A stretch of 62,157 bases of DNA. It comes from a virus (Duplodnaviria; Caudoviricetes). The notes under the pieces are model-generated. The model did not search any database. It saw nothing but the letters and a program-made list of their open reading frames with translations, and had not been told where the DNA came from. Both the position numbers and the translations under genes were made by a program. The first letter of the stretch is position 1; every line of letters begins with the position of its first letter. The DNA is taken from positions 1 through 62,157 of the IMG/VR virus record IMGVR_UViG_3300027833_000049; one strand, given 5' to 3'. This document shows, piece by piece, positions 45,721 through 54,839 of this stretch.

Positions 45721-46069
45721 TACGACCGCCTGTTCTCTATTTCCTTCACGCAAACCTGAAGAAGTTGTAATAACTCAGGTAGAATATGTAGAAAGGACTA
45801 TTCCTACACAACCTCGTCCTAAGCCTGTATCTCTATATGACATAGAGTTTTATGCTGTCACAGAAGAAAACCTAGATGAGTTTTTGGACAGATTTGAAAA
45901 AGAAAACGGCGACATAGTATTCTTTGCTATCAGTGTTCCTGATTACGAAAACATATCACTAAATATGGGTGAGTTAAGACGATTTATAGAACAACAAAAA
46001 TCTATCATTCTATACTACGAAGAGAATGTGAAACCGAGAGAAGCGGAAGGGACTGATGAAAACATTTAA
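45671..46069 (+). CDS. Outer-membrane spanin lipoprotein (Rz1-like)
   Basis: MKWKTLRVSLLLLLLSSTTAC lipobox; Pro-rich segment; overlaps the 3' end of the i-spanin. Confidence 0.7.
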   Translation: MKWKTLRVSLLLLLLSSTTACSLFPSRKPEEVVITQVEYVERTIPTQPRPKPVSLYDIEFYAVTEENLDEFLDRFEKENGDIVFFAISVPDYENISLNMGELRRFIEQQKSIILYYEENVKPREAEGTDENI

Positions 46070-47723
46070 GACCTATCTACTAGACGAAGACTTGCGAAAG
46101 TGGTTCGGCAAAGGAAAAGAAGGCGATTGGGTTCGTGTAGGGACTGACGGTGAAATTAAAGGCGATTGTGCTAGAGAAGAAGGCGAAGGTAAGCCCAAGT
46201 GTATGCCTAGAAGCCGAGCGCATGGCATGGACAAAGATGATAGAGCAAAGTCTGCTCGAAGAAAGCGCAGAGAAGATCCTGTAGCAGATAGAAAAGGCAA
46301 AGGCGGCAAGCCTGTTATGGTAGCGACAGAAGAAACTATCACCGAAAAAAATGTCCCCACTAAACCTGCTTTATGGTCTAAGTACAAGTCACAAGCAAAG
46401 GCTAAGTTTGATGTGTATCCTTCCGCATATGCTAATGGTTGGGCATCAAAGATGTACAAGAAAGCAGGCGGTGGTTGGAAGTCTGTGTCTGAGGGTGTAC
46501 AAGCAGGCGTTGCTGAAGCGTGTTGGTCTGGATACAAACAGAAAGGCATGAAGAAGAAAGGTAATAAGGTTGTTCCTAACTGTGTACCAGAAGAAATGGT
46601 TAGCGAAATGCCTATGAGCGGTCCTACTGGCTCTATGTTTGCTATGAAGAAAGAAGGCAAAGAGCATTCTTGGAAGTCAGAAGGTCATTACACTAAAGAC
46701 GGCAAAGAGTGGACAGGGCCTCAACACGCACACGATGGCCAAGTAATGACAGGTGAGAAGCACACCGCTGATAGTCAAGACTTGTATCACTACAAAGCAC
46801 TTCCTGCTGATGTTAGGAAGAAAGTCGCAAAGACGATTGAAGAGAAGCTTCTTGCTAGAAAGAATAGCATCGGCGACTATATTAAAGATTTCAAGAAATC
46901 TGACGCCCCCCAGTTCAAAGGACGTGGTGAATCAAAGCGTAAACAGATGGCAGTGGCAGCTTACTTAAAGTCCAAGAGAAGAGACGGCGAGAGAGCATTG
47001 GGCGAAGATATCAAATACGACTCAAACATGGGTGCTATGGATTGGGGAACACCCGAAGGCACTGAGTACATGAAAGATGTTACTCCTGGCGAAAAGAAAA
47101 AGAAGTCAAAAGCAATCAAAGAGTCAGGTGCTGCACACGAAACTAAAGCAGAATACAGAAAAGATAATGCTGAAGATGCACCTGAGTTAGGAGATTATGC
47201 TTTTAGTAAACAAGATATTAAAGAGCTAGAATATGAAGCAGATAATTTGTCATATGAAGATGCACTTAGTTTAGGTGTGTTTGATGACGAAATAGATGAC
47301 ACGGAAGTAAATATTACTGAGGTGTTATCAGTACAAGGTCGTCTCAAAAGACGATTCGCAGCAAGAAAGAATAGACAGAAACTTAAAGTAGCCCGTGGCA
47401 TAGCTTTAAGGCGTGGTTCATCACCTGATCGGTTGAAGAAAAGAGCAACTCGTGGTGCAAGGGGTATGGTATATAAACGTCTCCTAAAAGGCAGAGATAA
47501 GTCAGCTCTCCCACCAGCAGAGAAAGGCCGTTTAGAGAAATTGATAGGAATGTATGCACCTCTAGTGTCTAGGCTGGCAGTTAGAATGTTGCCAGGTATG
47601 CGTAAGATGGAAATAAATCGCATGAAGAGCAGGAAAGCAGGAACTAAGTCTTCTAAGAAGTATAAAGCAGCAAGACCTACAGCTAAGAAGCAAACATCGA
47701 AGAAATTCAAAATTAAGAAATAA
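46056..47723 (+). CDS. Modular basic protein, internal head polyprotein candidate
   Basis: MKTFKTYLLDE N-terminus; Lys/Arg-rich modules separated by Glu linkers. Confidence 0.65.
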   Translation: MKTFKTYLLDEDLRKWFGKGKEGDWVRVGTDGEIKGDCAREEGEGKPKCMPRSRAHGMDKDDRAKSARRKRREDPVADRKGKGGKPVMVATEETITEKNVPTKPALWSKYKSQAKAKFDVYPSAYANGWASKMYKKAGGGWKSVSEGVQAGVAEACWSGYKQKGMKKKGNKVVPNCVPEEMVSEMPMSGPTGSMFAMKKEGKEHSWKSEGHYTKDGKEWTGPQHAHDGQVMTGEKHTADSQDLYHYKALPADVRKKVAKTIEEKLLARKNSIGDYIKDFKKSDAPQFKGRGESKRKQMAVAAYLKSKRRDGERALGEDIKYDSNMGAMDWGTPEGTEYMKDVTPGEKKKKSKAIKESGAAHETKAEYRKDNAEDAPELGDYAFSKQDIKELEYEADNLSYEDALSLGVFDDEIDDTEVNITEVLSVQGRLKRRFAARKNRQKLKVARGIALRRGSSPDRLKKRATRGARGMVYKRLLKGRDKSALPPAEKGRLEKLIGMYAPLVSRLAVRMLPGMRKMEINRMKSRKAGTKSSKKYKAARPTAKKQTSKKFKIKK

Positions 47724-47746
47724 TTTAATATATAAGATTATTTTAT

Positions 47747-47754
47747 TATAAATA
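47747..47754 (+). promoter_or_regulatory. T4-type late promoter
   Basis: TATAAATA in an AT-rich gap. Confidence 0.7.
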
Positions 47755-47812
47755 AAGTGTAAATAATTTTATTATTTTAAAATTAACTTTAAAGTAAAAC
47801 TAGGAAACAAGT

Positions 47813-48085
47813 ATGAAAACTATTGTAGACAGCACAACAAATGTATCAAAGTATCTTCTTGCAGATGATAAAGCTGTTGCCATGGGCGCAGACGTTATCA
47901 CTGTTGGTGATCCAGCAGAGTTCATTATCGGTGATATGAACAGCGGCAACGCTACTTTAATCGAAGGCGTATCAACTCCTGAGGATTATATGGGTTGTAA
48001 GTACACCTGCGCTGCTGACGGTACTTTTACCGCAGTTGAAGGCTGGGTTGATCCTCGTATAGAAGAAGAAGAAGGCGGCGAGTAA
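47813..48085 (+). CDS. Small acidic late protein
   Basis: Stand-alone unit with its own late promoter and terminator. Confidence 0.7.
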   Translation: MKTIVDSTTNVSKYLLADDKAVAMGADVITVGDPAEFIIGDMNSGNATLIEGVSTPEDYMGCKYTCAADGTFTAVEGWVDPRIEEEEGGE

Positions 48086-48117
48086 ACTTTAACTCGGTAT
48101 AAATCTTTGCAAAGATT

Positions 48118-48152
48118 AAAAGCTCCTGTATCTACGGTACGGGAGTTTTTTT
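48118..48152 (+). terminator. Rho-independent terminator
   Basis: AAAAGCTCCTGTA/TACGGGAGTTTT stem followed by a T run. Confidence 0.8.
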
Positions 48153-48182
48153 ATGTCTCCATATTATGCAATATTAATTTTG

Positions 48183-48190
48183 TATAAATA
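48183..48190 (+). promoter_or_regulatory. T4-type late promoter (probably leaderless transcript)
   Basis: TATAAATA separated by 5 nt from the ATG at 48196. Confidence 0.75.
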
Positions 48191-48195
48191 CAAGT

Positions 48196-49440
48196 ATGGA
48201 CAAGAAAAAAAAACAACGATTAGAACAGTTAGTGCGTCAAGGAATTGTTCCTAGCAGCAAGCTTCCTATACTGATGCAAGCCATGAGCAATCTTCACATG
48301 GGCAAACAACTTATGCCAAAAGAAAGAGATGTTTTGGCGAAGTATATGTTCAATATGACTGACATAATGTTGAAAGATACAACCGTATTTAATCGTGCTA
48401 AATTACATACACAAAAAACAAGATACCAAACAGAGGAGACTGAAGTGGACTCTATAGATGAAAAAATGATTGGCGGCGTTGATGTTGTTGACGGCCCAGA
48501 AGATGAAGAGCGTATGAGACACGCCGCTCAAACTAAAGCTAAAAGGCTTTCCATTAAGAAGCGTGATAAATTCAGGCTACTATCACCAGAAGTAAAAAAA
48601 GAAAAAATGAAAGCTGGTGTAGAAGAGCAAGTACTCAAAATGAATGAGGACTATAAAGCTAAGTTTGAAGCCGCACTCAAGAAGTTCGGTGTTTCTAACA
48701 TTCGTGATTTGCCTGCTGATAAGAAGAAAGAATTCTTTAATCATGTTGATGCTTCACATGTAGCGCAGAACGAAGAAGTAGAAATTGAAGAAGAATATAC
48801 AAACTCTCACTTCCTGGGTGGAAATAAAGTTGTCAAAGTTAAAAGCAACGGTGCAACAGGAGAAGTTGTAGGAAGACATCGACAGGATAATGGAGATATT
48901 CATTTTACTGTAAAACACGGTGACACAACATCCAAGCATCCTGGGTCAAATCTTCGAGTACATAAAGAAGAAGTAGAAATCGAAGAAGATATGCAAGTCA
49001 AGCAAGCTATCGGCATTGCTTCTGATAAGCGTTACAAAGGCGGCGACATGACTGGCGCTGTTAGTGCAATCGAAAAGATGCGTAAAGGTTTGTCAGATCA
49101 TCCTCAAGTTAAGGCAGTTCTCAAGCGACAAAACGAAGAGACAGAACAGCTAGACGAGTATGGCAACCCTGCTGCTACACCTGACAGACTTTCTATGATT
49201 AGAAAAGCGGCTGACAGAGTACAAAGTGGACAATCTGGTAAAGATGCTCAAAAACGAGCTAAAGCAGACATGAAGCAGAAAGGCGCTCAAAGGGGCATGG
49301 CTCCTACGAAGAAAGAAGTTGAAGAGCAAATAAATATAATGAGAAAAACTATTAAAGAAGGAACCGTTAGAGAAAAGGTTGAAGCTTACACTGAGTTGAA
49401 TAGATTAATAGAACAATTTAAAATAACTGGAGAATTATAA
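48196..49440 (+). CDS. Modular late protein, internal head polyprotein candidate
   Basis: Basic modules separated by EEVEIEE/EETEQLDE linkers. Confidence 0.65.
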   Translation: MDKKKKQRLEQLVRQGIVPSSKLPILMQAMSNLHMGKQLMPKERDVLAKYMFNMTDIMLKDTTVFNRAKLHTQKTRYQTEETEVDSIDEKMIGGVDVVDGPEDEERMRHAAQTKAKRLSIKKRDKFRLLSPEVKKEKMKAGVEEQVLKMNEDYKAKFEAALKKFGVSNIRDLPADKKKEFFNHVDASHVAQNEEVEIEEEYTNSHFLGGNKVVKVKSNGATGEVVGRHRQDNGDIHFTVKHGDTTSKHPGSNLRVHKEEVEIEEDMQVKQAIGIASDKRYKGGDMTGAVSAIEKMRKGLSDHPQVKAVLKRQNEETEQLDEYGNPAATPDRLSMIRKAADRVQSGQSGKDAQKRAKADMKQKGAQRGMAPTKKEVEEQINIMRKTIKEGTVREKVEAYTELNRLIEQFKITGEL

Positions 49441-51263
49441 TGTCAGGATGGGGTAAGGCAGACGATAAAACAAGCACGGGTACGGTAGCTCTAGCAGCTC
49501 CTACTTCTACTTTTAACGGCGCATCTAATGTGGATAGTAGTATTATTACAGTTGCTGCTCATCCATTTCGCAATGGCGATAAAGTCAATTACATTGATGG
49601 CGGCGGTACACAAGTTGTTGGTCTTGTAGATACTACAAACTATTTTATTACTAATGCTACCACAAACACAGTTCAATTAGCGTCTTCACAAGAAGATGCA
49701 CTTCGAAATGTTCCAGCAGTCATTACACTTGCTGATGGTGCTGGTGCAGCACACAAACTTACTCTCGCCTTTGCACCTGGCACTCGTGGACTTATTACTG
49801 GTGCTTCATCAGCAGACTTTGAAGGCGCCGGTCAAGAAGCATTTGTTGGTGATATTATCACCGTTCTAACACAACAAATGCTTATCCTTTCAATTGAAAG
49901 CGCAACTAAATGTACTGTAATGAATCTTGACCGTTCAGTAGCTCTTGCAGCCTTTAGTGCAGCCCAATATACATTGAATGAAAAGCCACTCTCAATTGGT
50001 TCTGATGCTAATGTTAGTTCTTCTGATGTTTATGGTATTGATTCTGCTGAGATGGTTGGCGGTGCTGACAATGTTGTTGCGTCATCAATTTCAAACGCTG
50101 GTACATCATACCTTGAAGCTCCTGCTGTAACTGTAACTGCTCCGGCAGGTCTTGTAGTTGCTACGTCAGCAGTAAGTATTGCCGCAGACACCATCACTAT
50201 AACAGGTCACAATCTTAATACTGGTGACAAGCTTACTTACACCCATCAAGGTGGTACTGCTCTTGCTGGTCTTGCTAATGCTACAGCTTACTTTGTAATT
50301 AAAGTAGACGCAAACACAATTCAAGTTGCATCTAGCTTGAGCAATGCAAACGCTGGAACTAAAATTACATTGACTGGTACTGGTAACAACGCACAAAAAT
50401 TCACTGGTGATACTGCGGCAGTTACTGCTTCTGTTGCTGGCGGTGTTGTTTCTGCTCTTACTATTACAGACGTAGGTTCAGGTTATACTGCTGCACTTCC
50501 TACAATGTCTATGCCGATAGCTCGCCGTACTATTCCACTCGCATCTGTTGCGGATGGTGTCACTGATACTATTACATATACTGCTCACAGTTTAGATACT
50601 GCCGCTGAAGTTAAATACCAAGACGGCGGCGGCACTGCCCTTGCTGGTTTAGTTGATAACACTTCATACTTTGTTTCTGCCCTCGGAGCCGGTGCTGATA
50701 AGTTCCGTCTTGCTACTTCTGCTGTTATAGCTGCCGGTTCTAACTTAGGAACTGTTGTTATTGGCGGAACAGGCGGTCAGTTTACTTGTGCGGCTGCTAC
50801 ATTGGCAGCAGGCGACCGTATCCAGATATCTGGGACATTAGGTGGCACTGGTGCGATTGCTGGTTATGCTACAGGCACTGTGTATAAAGTTTCTGCTGTA
50901 ACTGGTTCTTCACCAAACGTAACTGGATTCACCTTAGAAACTGAAGCAGACCAAGCTATTGTAACGACTGCTGGTACACCAACTGGTCTAACATATCTAG
51001 CTGCTACTGTTATTAACTTTACTGGCCAAGGCAATAACGCTCAATTCTTCGAGCTTATTGGTGAAACAACTGCAACTGGCGTATTTAGTCGTGGTATTGG
51101 CGGCGCTGAAGACGGTGCAGGTGGTGTTGCTCACTCAGGTTGGGTAAAACGTACAGTTGGTACTGGCGCTCGTGCAGGTCGTATACAGTATGAAGTTCTT
51201 GTTGCACTATCTAAGAACGGAATTACTAGTGATGCGGCTGACGATATTCAGATTCCAGACTAA
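49440..51263 (+). CDS. Virion structural/fiber-like protein with repeated beta domains
   Basis: Ala/Gly/Thr-rich; three clear H..xGD/AE.V.Y...GGTALAGL....YFV repeats; MSGWG start and HSGWV...EVLVA end. Confidence 0.7.
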   Translation: MSGWGKADDKTSTGTVALAAPTSTFNGASNVDSSIITVAAHPFRNGDKVNYIDGGGTQVVGLVDTTNYFITNATTNTVQLASSQEDALRNVPAVITLADGAGAAHKLTLAFAPGTRGLITGASSADFEGAGQEAFVGDIITVLTQQMLILSIESATKCTVMNLDRSVALAAFSAAQYTLNEKPLSIGSDANVSSSDVYGIDSAEMVGGADNVVASSISNAGTSYLEAPAVTVTAPAGLVVATSAVSIAADTITITGHNLNTGDKLTYTHQGGTALAGLANATAYFVIKVDANTIQVASSLSNANAGTKITLTGTGNNAQKFTGDTAAVTASVAGGVVSALTITDVGSGYTAALPTMSMPIARRTIPLASVADGVTDTITYTAHSLDTAAEVKYQDGGGTALAGLVDNTSYFVSALGAGADKFRLATSAVIAAGSNLGTVVIGGTGGQFTCAAATLAAGDRIQISGTLGGTGAIAGYATGTVYKVSAVTGSSPNVTGFTLETEADQAIVTTAGTPTGLTYLAATVINFTGQGNNAQFFELIGETTATGVFSRGIGGAEDGAGGVAHSGWVKRTVGTGARAGRIQYEVLVALSKNGITSDAADDIQIPD

Positions 51264-51275
51264 GGATTATTTCAT

Positions 51276-51716
51276 ATGGCAGATGCGAAACTATCAGAAC
51301 TAACAGCGGCCACTACGGCCGCTGGAACTGATTCACTATATTTGGTGCAATCAAGTAGCAGTAAAAAAATTACTATTGCTAACTTGTTTGCTGATGTAGC
51401 CACACCGGTTAAATTTAGCGATACTATCGCTATCACTGATACTAACACACAAACTACTGCAGGCGCAATTCTGACTACTACTAATATTACTCATATTAGC
51501 AATGTAGATGCAGCAGGAGTTTGCACATTAGCAGCAGGAGTTGATGGTCAAATTAAAATCATTGTTATGGTTTCTAATACAGGCTCTCATACTGTAACAT
51601 TGCAAGACACAACGGTTGCTAACGATATAACATTTACTGCTGCAGGTCACTCTGCAACCTTACTATATACTAATAGCAAATGGTATTTCATCGGGGGTAC
51701 CGCTACAGTATCATAG
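51276..51716 (+). CDS. Virion structural protein
   Basis: MADAKLSELTAAT N-terminal fiber-type motif; LAAGVDGQIKII...SATLLY...W. Confidence 0.65.
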   Translation: MADAKLSELTAATTAAGTDSLYLVQSSSSKKITIANLFADVATPVKFSDTIAITDTNTQTTAGAILTTTNITHISNVDAAGVCTLAAGVDGQIKIIVMVSNTGSHTVTLQDTTVANDITFTAAGHSATLLYTNSKWYFIGGTATVS

Positions 51717-51725
51717 GACTTTATA

Positions 51726-52103
51726 ATGTTTCAATTGAATGAAGATAATTTTTTGCTTTTCGCTGTAAAAAATTATCACAACCCAGGGTCAATGGGTATG
51801 TCTGACCTTGAGAATGATTTAAAAAAAATTAAGTATGTAAAACGGCTTCTTAACCGGTATCAAAAGACTGGTGAAATAAGTGAAAGGCTTGTACTGAATC
51901 ATTTAGTAATTCTGTACAATGTCTTTGGTGACGCTACTACGGATATGTTATTTTACAAATTGGAAAAAGAATTTTGGACTGATTTAAAAACATATTTAGT
52001 TTATTTACAACGAATGCCATTGGAGACAGTAGTTTCTCCGGGCATTAAAGAAACAGACATATCGTTAAATGTTGAGTTAATAGAAGTGTTAAGGGCGCTG
52101 TAA
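51726..52103 (+). CDS. Conserved T4-like phage hypothetical protein
   Basis: LNEDNFLLFAVKNY, KYVKRLL and ERLVLNHLVILYNVFG motifs. Confidence 0.75.
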   Translation: MFQLNEDNFLLFAVKNYHNPGSMGMSDLENDLKKIKYVKRLLNRYQKTGEISERLVLNHLVILYNVFGDATTDMLFYKLEKEFWTDLKTYLVYLQRMPLETVVSPGIKETDISLNVELIEVLRAL

Positions 52104-52627
52104 TGGGAAGATTAGCAGACGGATATATAACATTAAGAATTCTTAAAATGTTATCCACTCCTATAGAAAAAACCAAAGCATACGAATTAGGACTCGTTGA
52201 CTCTGATGGAAAACAACTAAAAAAAGCTGTTTCTACCTCAGAAAAAGATTCCTATTCCATGCTTCAAAGATTCGTTTTCAAAGTTCAACGGTCTTTGATG
52301 AAATCTCCTGACAGAAATTCTAAAAGATTATTGACATTAGCAGCAGCTCTTAGTATACTAAAAGAGAATGATGACTTAGACGATTTAGACGTTGATACGT
52401 TATTGGAAATGTATTCTTCATTTGAGGACGTAGAACAAAACGCAAGACTACTAGAATACAACTTACTTTCCTTCAATACCTTTTTAGATGAAGAAGTAGC
52501 TGCTAATTCTGCTGGTAGTGGTAGTGTTGATGGTATAGGAGTAGGGGACGAAGGCGAACCCGGAAAAGACGCTCTTATTATGCCAATGATAAGACGCAAA
52601 AAGAAGAAGAAATATGGCAACAGTTAA
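52103..52627 (+). CDS. Conserved hypothetical late protein
   Basis: KAYELGLVDSDG; C-terminal AANSAGSG...GEPG...RRKKKK. Confidence 0.7.
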   Translation: MGRLADGYITLRILKMLSTPIEKTKAYELGLVDSDGKQLKKAVSTSEKDSYSMLQRFVFKVQRSLMKSPDRNSKRLLTLAAALSILKENDDLDDLDVDTLLEMYSSFEDVEQNARLLEYNLLSFNTFLDEEVAANSAGSGSVDGIGVGDEGEPGKDALIMPMIRRKKKKKYGNS

Positions 52628-53084
52628 AAGTATAGATACAGAACTTGCAGTAGTGAAAAACGAAGTAGGTCAAATGGGCCAACTCTTTGCTAAGTTAGAA
52701 ATTGCACTTGATAAGATCACAGATGTTTCTAATAATATTGGGCAAATTTTAGCTGTACACGAAAGAAGACTTGAAGATGGAGAACAACACTTCGAAGACT
52801 TGAAACGTGAAATGGAACATGCTGAAGAAAAGTTTGACGATGAAATCAAAGATTTGCATTCTCGCCTTACCACCAATAGTAGAGAGATAGAAACTAAAAT
52901 GACAAACGAGATAGATAAAGTCTTGGATGCCATAAAAGACCTAAAGTCGCATATGGTAGATAAGCATAATCAACTAGAAGTACGCTTGGCCGCATTAGAA
53001 AGATGGAGATGGATATTATTGGGTGCGTTTGCTGTGGGTGGTGCATTGTTGGGTAACGGGGTAGATTTTTCTAGTTTGTTTTAA
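52614..53084 (+). CDS. Coiled-coil protein with a C-terminal TM anchor
   Basis: LAVHERRL; RLAALERWRW followed by a hydrophobic tail. Confidence 0.7.
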   Translation: MATVKSIDTELAVVKNEVGQMGQLFAKLEIALDKITDVSNNIGQILAVHERRLEDGEQHFEDLKREMEHAEEKFDDEIKDLHSRLTTNSREIETKMTNEIDKVLDAIKDLKSHMVDKHNQLEVRLAALERWRWILLGAFAVGGALLGNGVDFSSLF

Positions 53085-53093
53085 AAAAACAGC

Positions 53094-53122
53094 TTGACAA
53101 ACACCTAAGTTTATACTATAAT
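53094..53122 (+). promoter_or_regulatory. Sigma70 promoter for the primase operon
   Basis: Exact TTGACA-17-TATAAT. Confidence 0.8.
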
Positions 53123-53152
53123 AAACCTATACTCATGCTATAGGTTTTTTTT
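53123..53152 (+). terminator. Terminator-like hairpin directly before primase
   Basis: AAACCTATA-CTCATGC-TATAGGTTT, continuing into a T run. Confidence 0.55.
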
Positions 53153-54184
53153 ATGTCGCTGTTTGTAGATTTGAAATATATAAATATGATTTCTCATCGT
53201 TTGGAACGATTCAAGCGTAAGGATGATTACCTGTTTAATTGCAGATGTCCAATTTGCGGTGACTCTTCCGGCAGTAAAATAAAAGCTCGTGGATACATTT
53301 ATAAAAAAGAAGATGGATTATTCTATCGATGTCATAACTGTGACTTCGGAACCACTCTCGGCAAATTTGTAGAACAACTTGATCCTACTTTGTACAAAGA
53401 GTATGTGTTAGAAAAATTCATTGAACCTAAGAAAAAAATAGTAACGATAAAGAAAAAAGAACCTAACCCAGAATACGCTTTCGATTTTAAACCTGCATTT
53501 GATAAGCCATCATCTCTTATTGGCAGCTTAATGGATCGCCTAGACACCTTGTCAGATAACCATGAAGTTGTTAGATATGTCAAAGCTAGAAAGATACCTG
53601 AATCAACCTACAACAGATTGTACTATGTTGACGATATTAGGGAGCTTTCACAATTAAACTCCAAATACGCAAAAGCACTAAATATAAAGCAGCCTCGCCT
53701 GGCCATGCCGTTTATCCGCATGGATGGTCAACTGTCGGGTGTAGCTCTTCGGGATATCCGAGGCGGAAAATTAAGATACATCAATCTAAAAGTGAAAGAA
53801 GAAGATCCTACTGTCTTCGGTATGGATGTAGTTGATCTCAAGCGTGAAATCTTCGTAGTCGAAGGCCCTATAGATAGTTTGTTCATCGACAACTCAATAG
53901 CAGCCGCCGGTTCAGCATTCAACAAAATTGACTTGTTGGGCTTGACGCACTTTACTGTGATTTTTGATAATCAACCTAGAAACAAGGAGATATGTAGTTT
54001 AATACATAAACAAATAAAATCCGGTAATCGGGTTTGTTTATTTCCAGAGGACATAGTAGAGAAAGATATTAATGATATGGTGTTAGCAGGCTTGACAACA
54101 GACAATATTAGTAGTATAATAAACAATAATACATACGAAGGTCTTGAGGCCGAACTACGATTTACAGAATGGAGAAAATGCTAA
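53153..54184 (+). CDS. gp61: DNA primase gp61
   Basis: CPICGDS...CHNC zinc finger; VVEGPIDSLF, FDNQPRN and KDINDM TOPRIM motifs. Confidence 0.96.
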   Translation: MSLFVDLKYINMISHRLERFKRKDDYLFNCRCPICGDSSGSKIKARGYIYKKEDGLFYRCHNCDFGTTLGKFVEQLDPTLYKEYVLEKFIEPKKKIVTIKKKEPNPEYAFDFKPAFDKPSSLIGSLMDRLDTLSDNHEVVRYVKARKIPESTYNRLYYVDDIRELSQLNSKYAKALNIKQPRLAMPFIRMDGQLSGVALRDIRGGKLRYINLKVKEEDPTVFGMDVVDLKREIFVVEGPIDSLFIDNSIAAAGSAFNKIDLLGLTHFTVIFDNQPRNKEICSLIHKQIKSGNRVCLFPEDIVEKDINDMVLAGLTTDNISSIINNNTYEGLEAELRFTEWRKC

Positions 54185-54185
54185 G

Positions 54186-54839
54186 ATGTCTGTTTGCCTA
54201 ATAGGAATGACTACACCATCCGCTGTAACTGGATGTAATACTGCTAATGAACTCATTGCATATGCTGCACGAGTAAGTAACCCAGAGAACCAAAACAACA
54301 CAGAAACAGCATCAAAACTGTTAAAATACCTCATAAAACACGAACATTGGAGCCCTTTTGAGATGGTTTCTGTCACTATGGCGATTACTACTACCCGTGA
54401 CATCTCTAGGCAGATTTTAAGGCATCGTAGTTTTAGTTTCCAGGAATTTAGTCAAAGATATGCAGTTTCTACAAATTTTCAGACTAGAGATTGTAGGTTA
54501 CAAGATAGAAAGAATAGGCAAAATAGTATAGAAGCAGATGACGCTGATCTATCTAAATGGTGGAAGATGGCACAAGAAGAATTGATACGAAAGTCTAAGT
54601 TGGTATATCAATCAGCATTAGACCACGGAATTGCAAAAGAACAAGCAAGGGCTGTACTACCAGAAGGTAATACAGAAACAACACTATACATGTCAGGCAC
54701 ACTTCGTTCGTGGGTACACTACTGCAAACTTAGAACTGGCCCGGAAACACAACAAGAACATATCGATGTTGCAGCTAAATGTTGGGACGTTCTCAGACAA
54801 CATTTTCCAGATGTAGCAAAAGCGGTAGAGGAGCTGTAA
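54186..54839 (+). CDS. thyX: Flavin-dependent thymidylate synthase ThyX
   Basis: HWSPFE and RQILRHRSFSFQEFSQRY signature. Confidence 0.96.
   Translation: MSVCLIGMTTPSAVTGCNTANELIAYAARVSNPENQNNTETASKLLKYLIKHEHWSPFEMVSVTMAITTTRDISRQILRHRSFSFQEFSQRYAVSTNFQTRDCRLQDRKNRQNSIEADDADLSKWWKMAQEELIRKSKLVYQSALDHGIAKEQARAVLPEGNTETTLYMSGTLRSWVHYCKLRTGPETQQEHIDVAAKCWDVLRQHFPDVAKAVEEL

Noticed and set aside
46073-47710. Long minus-strand ORFs (195 and 171 aa)
   Set aside because: Antisense to a Lys/Arg-rich gene, low complexity and without expression signals.
54144-54838. Upstream extensions of thyX (54144) and nrdA (54779)
   Set aside because: They overlap the preceding genes; the ATGs at 54186 and 54839 fit the coupling and SD better.
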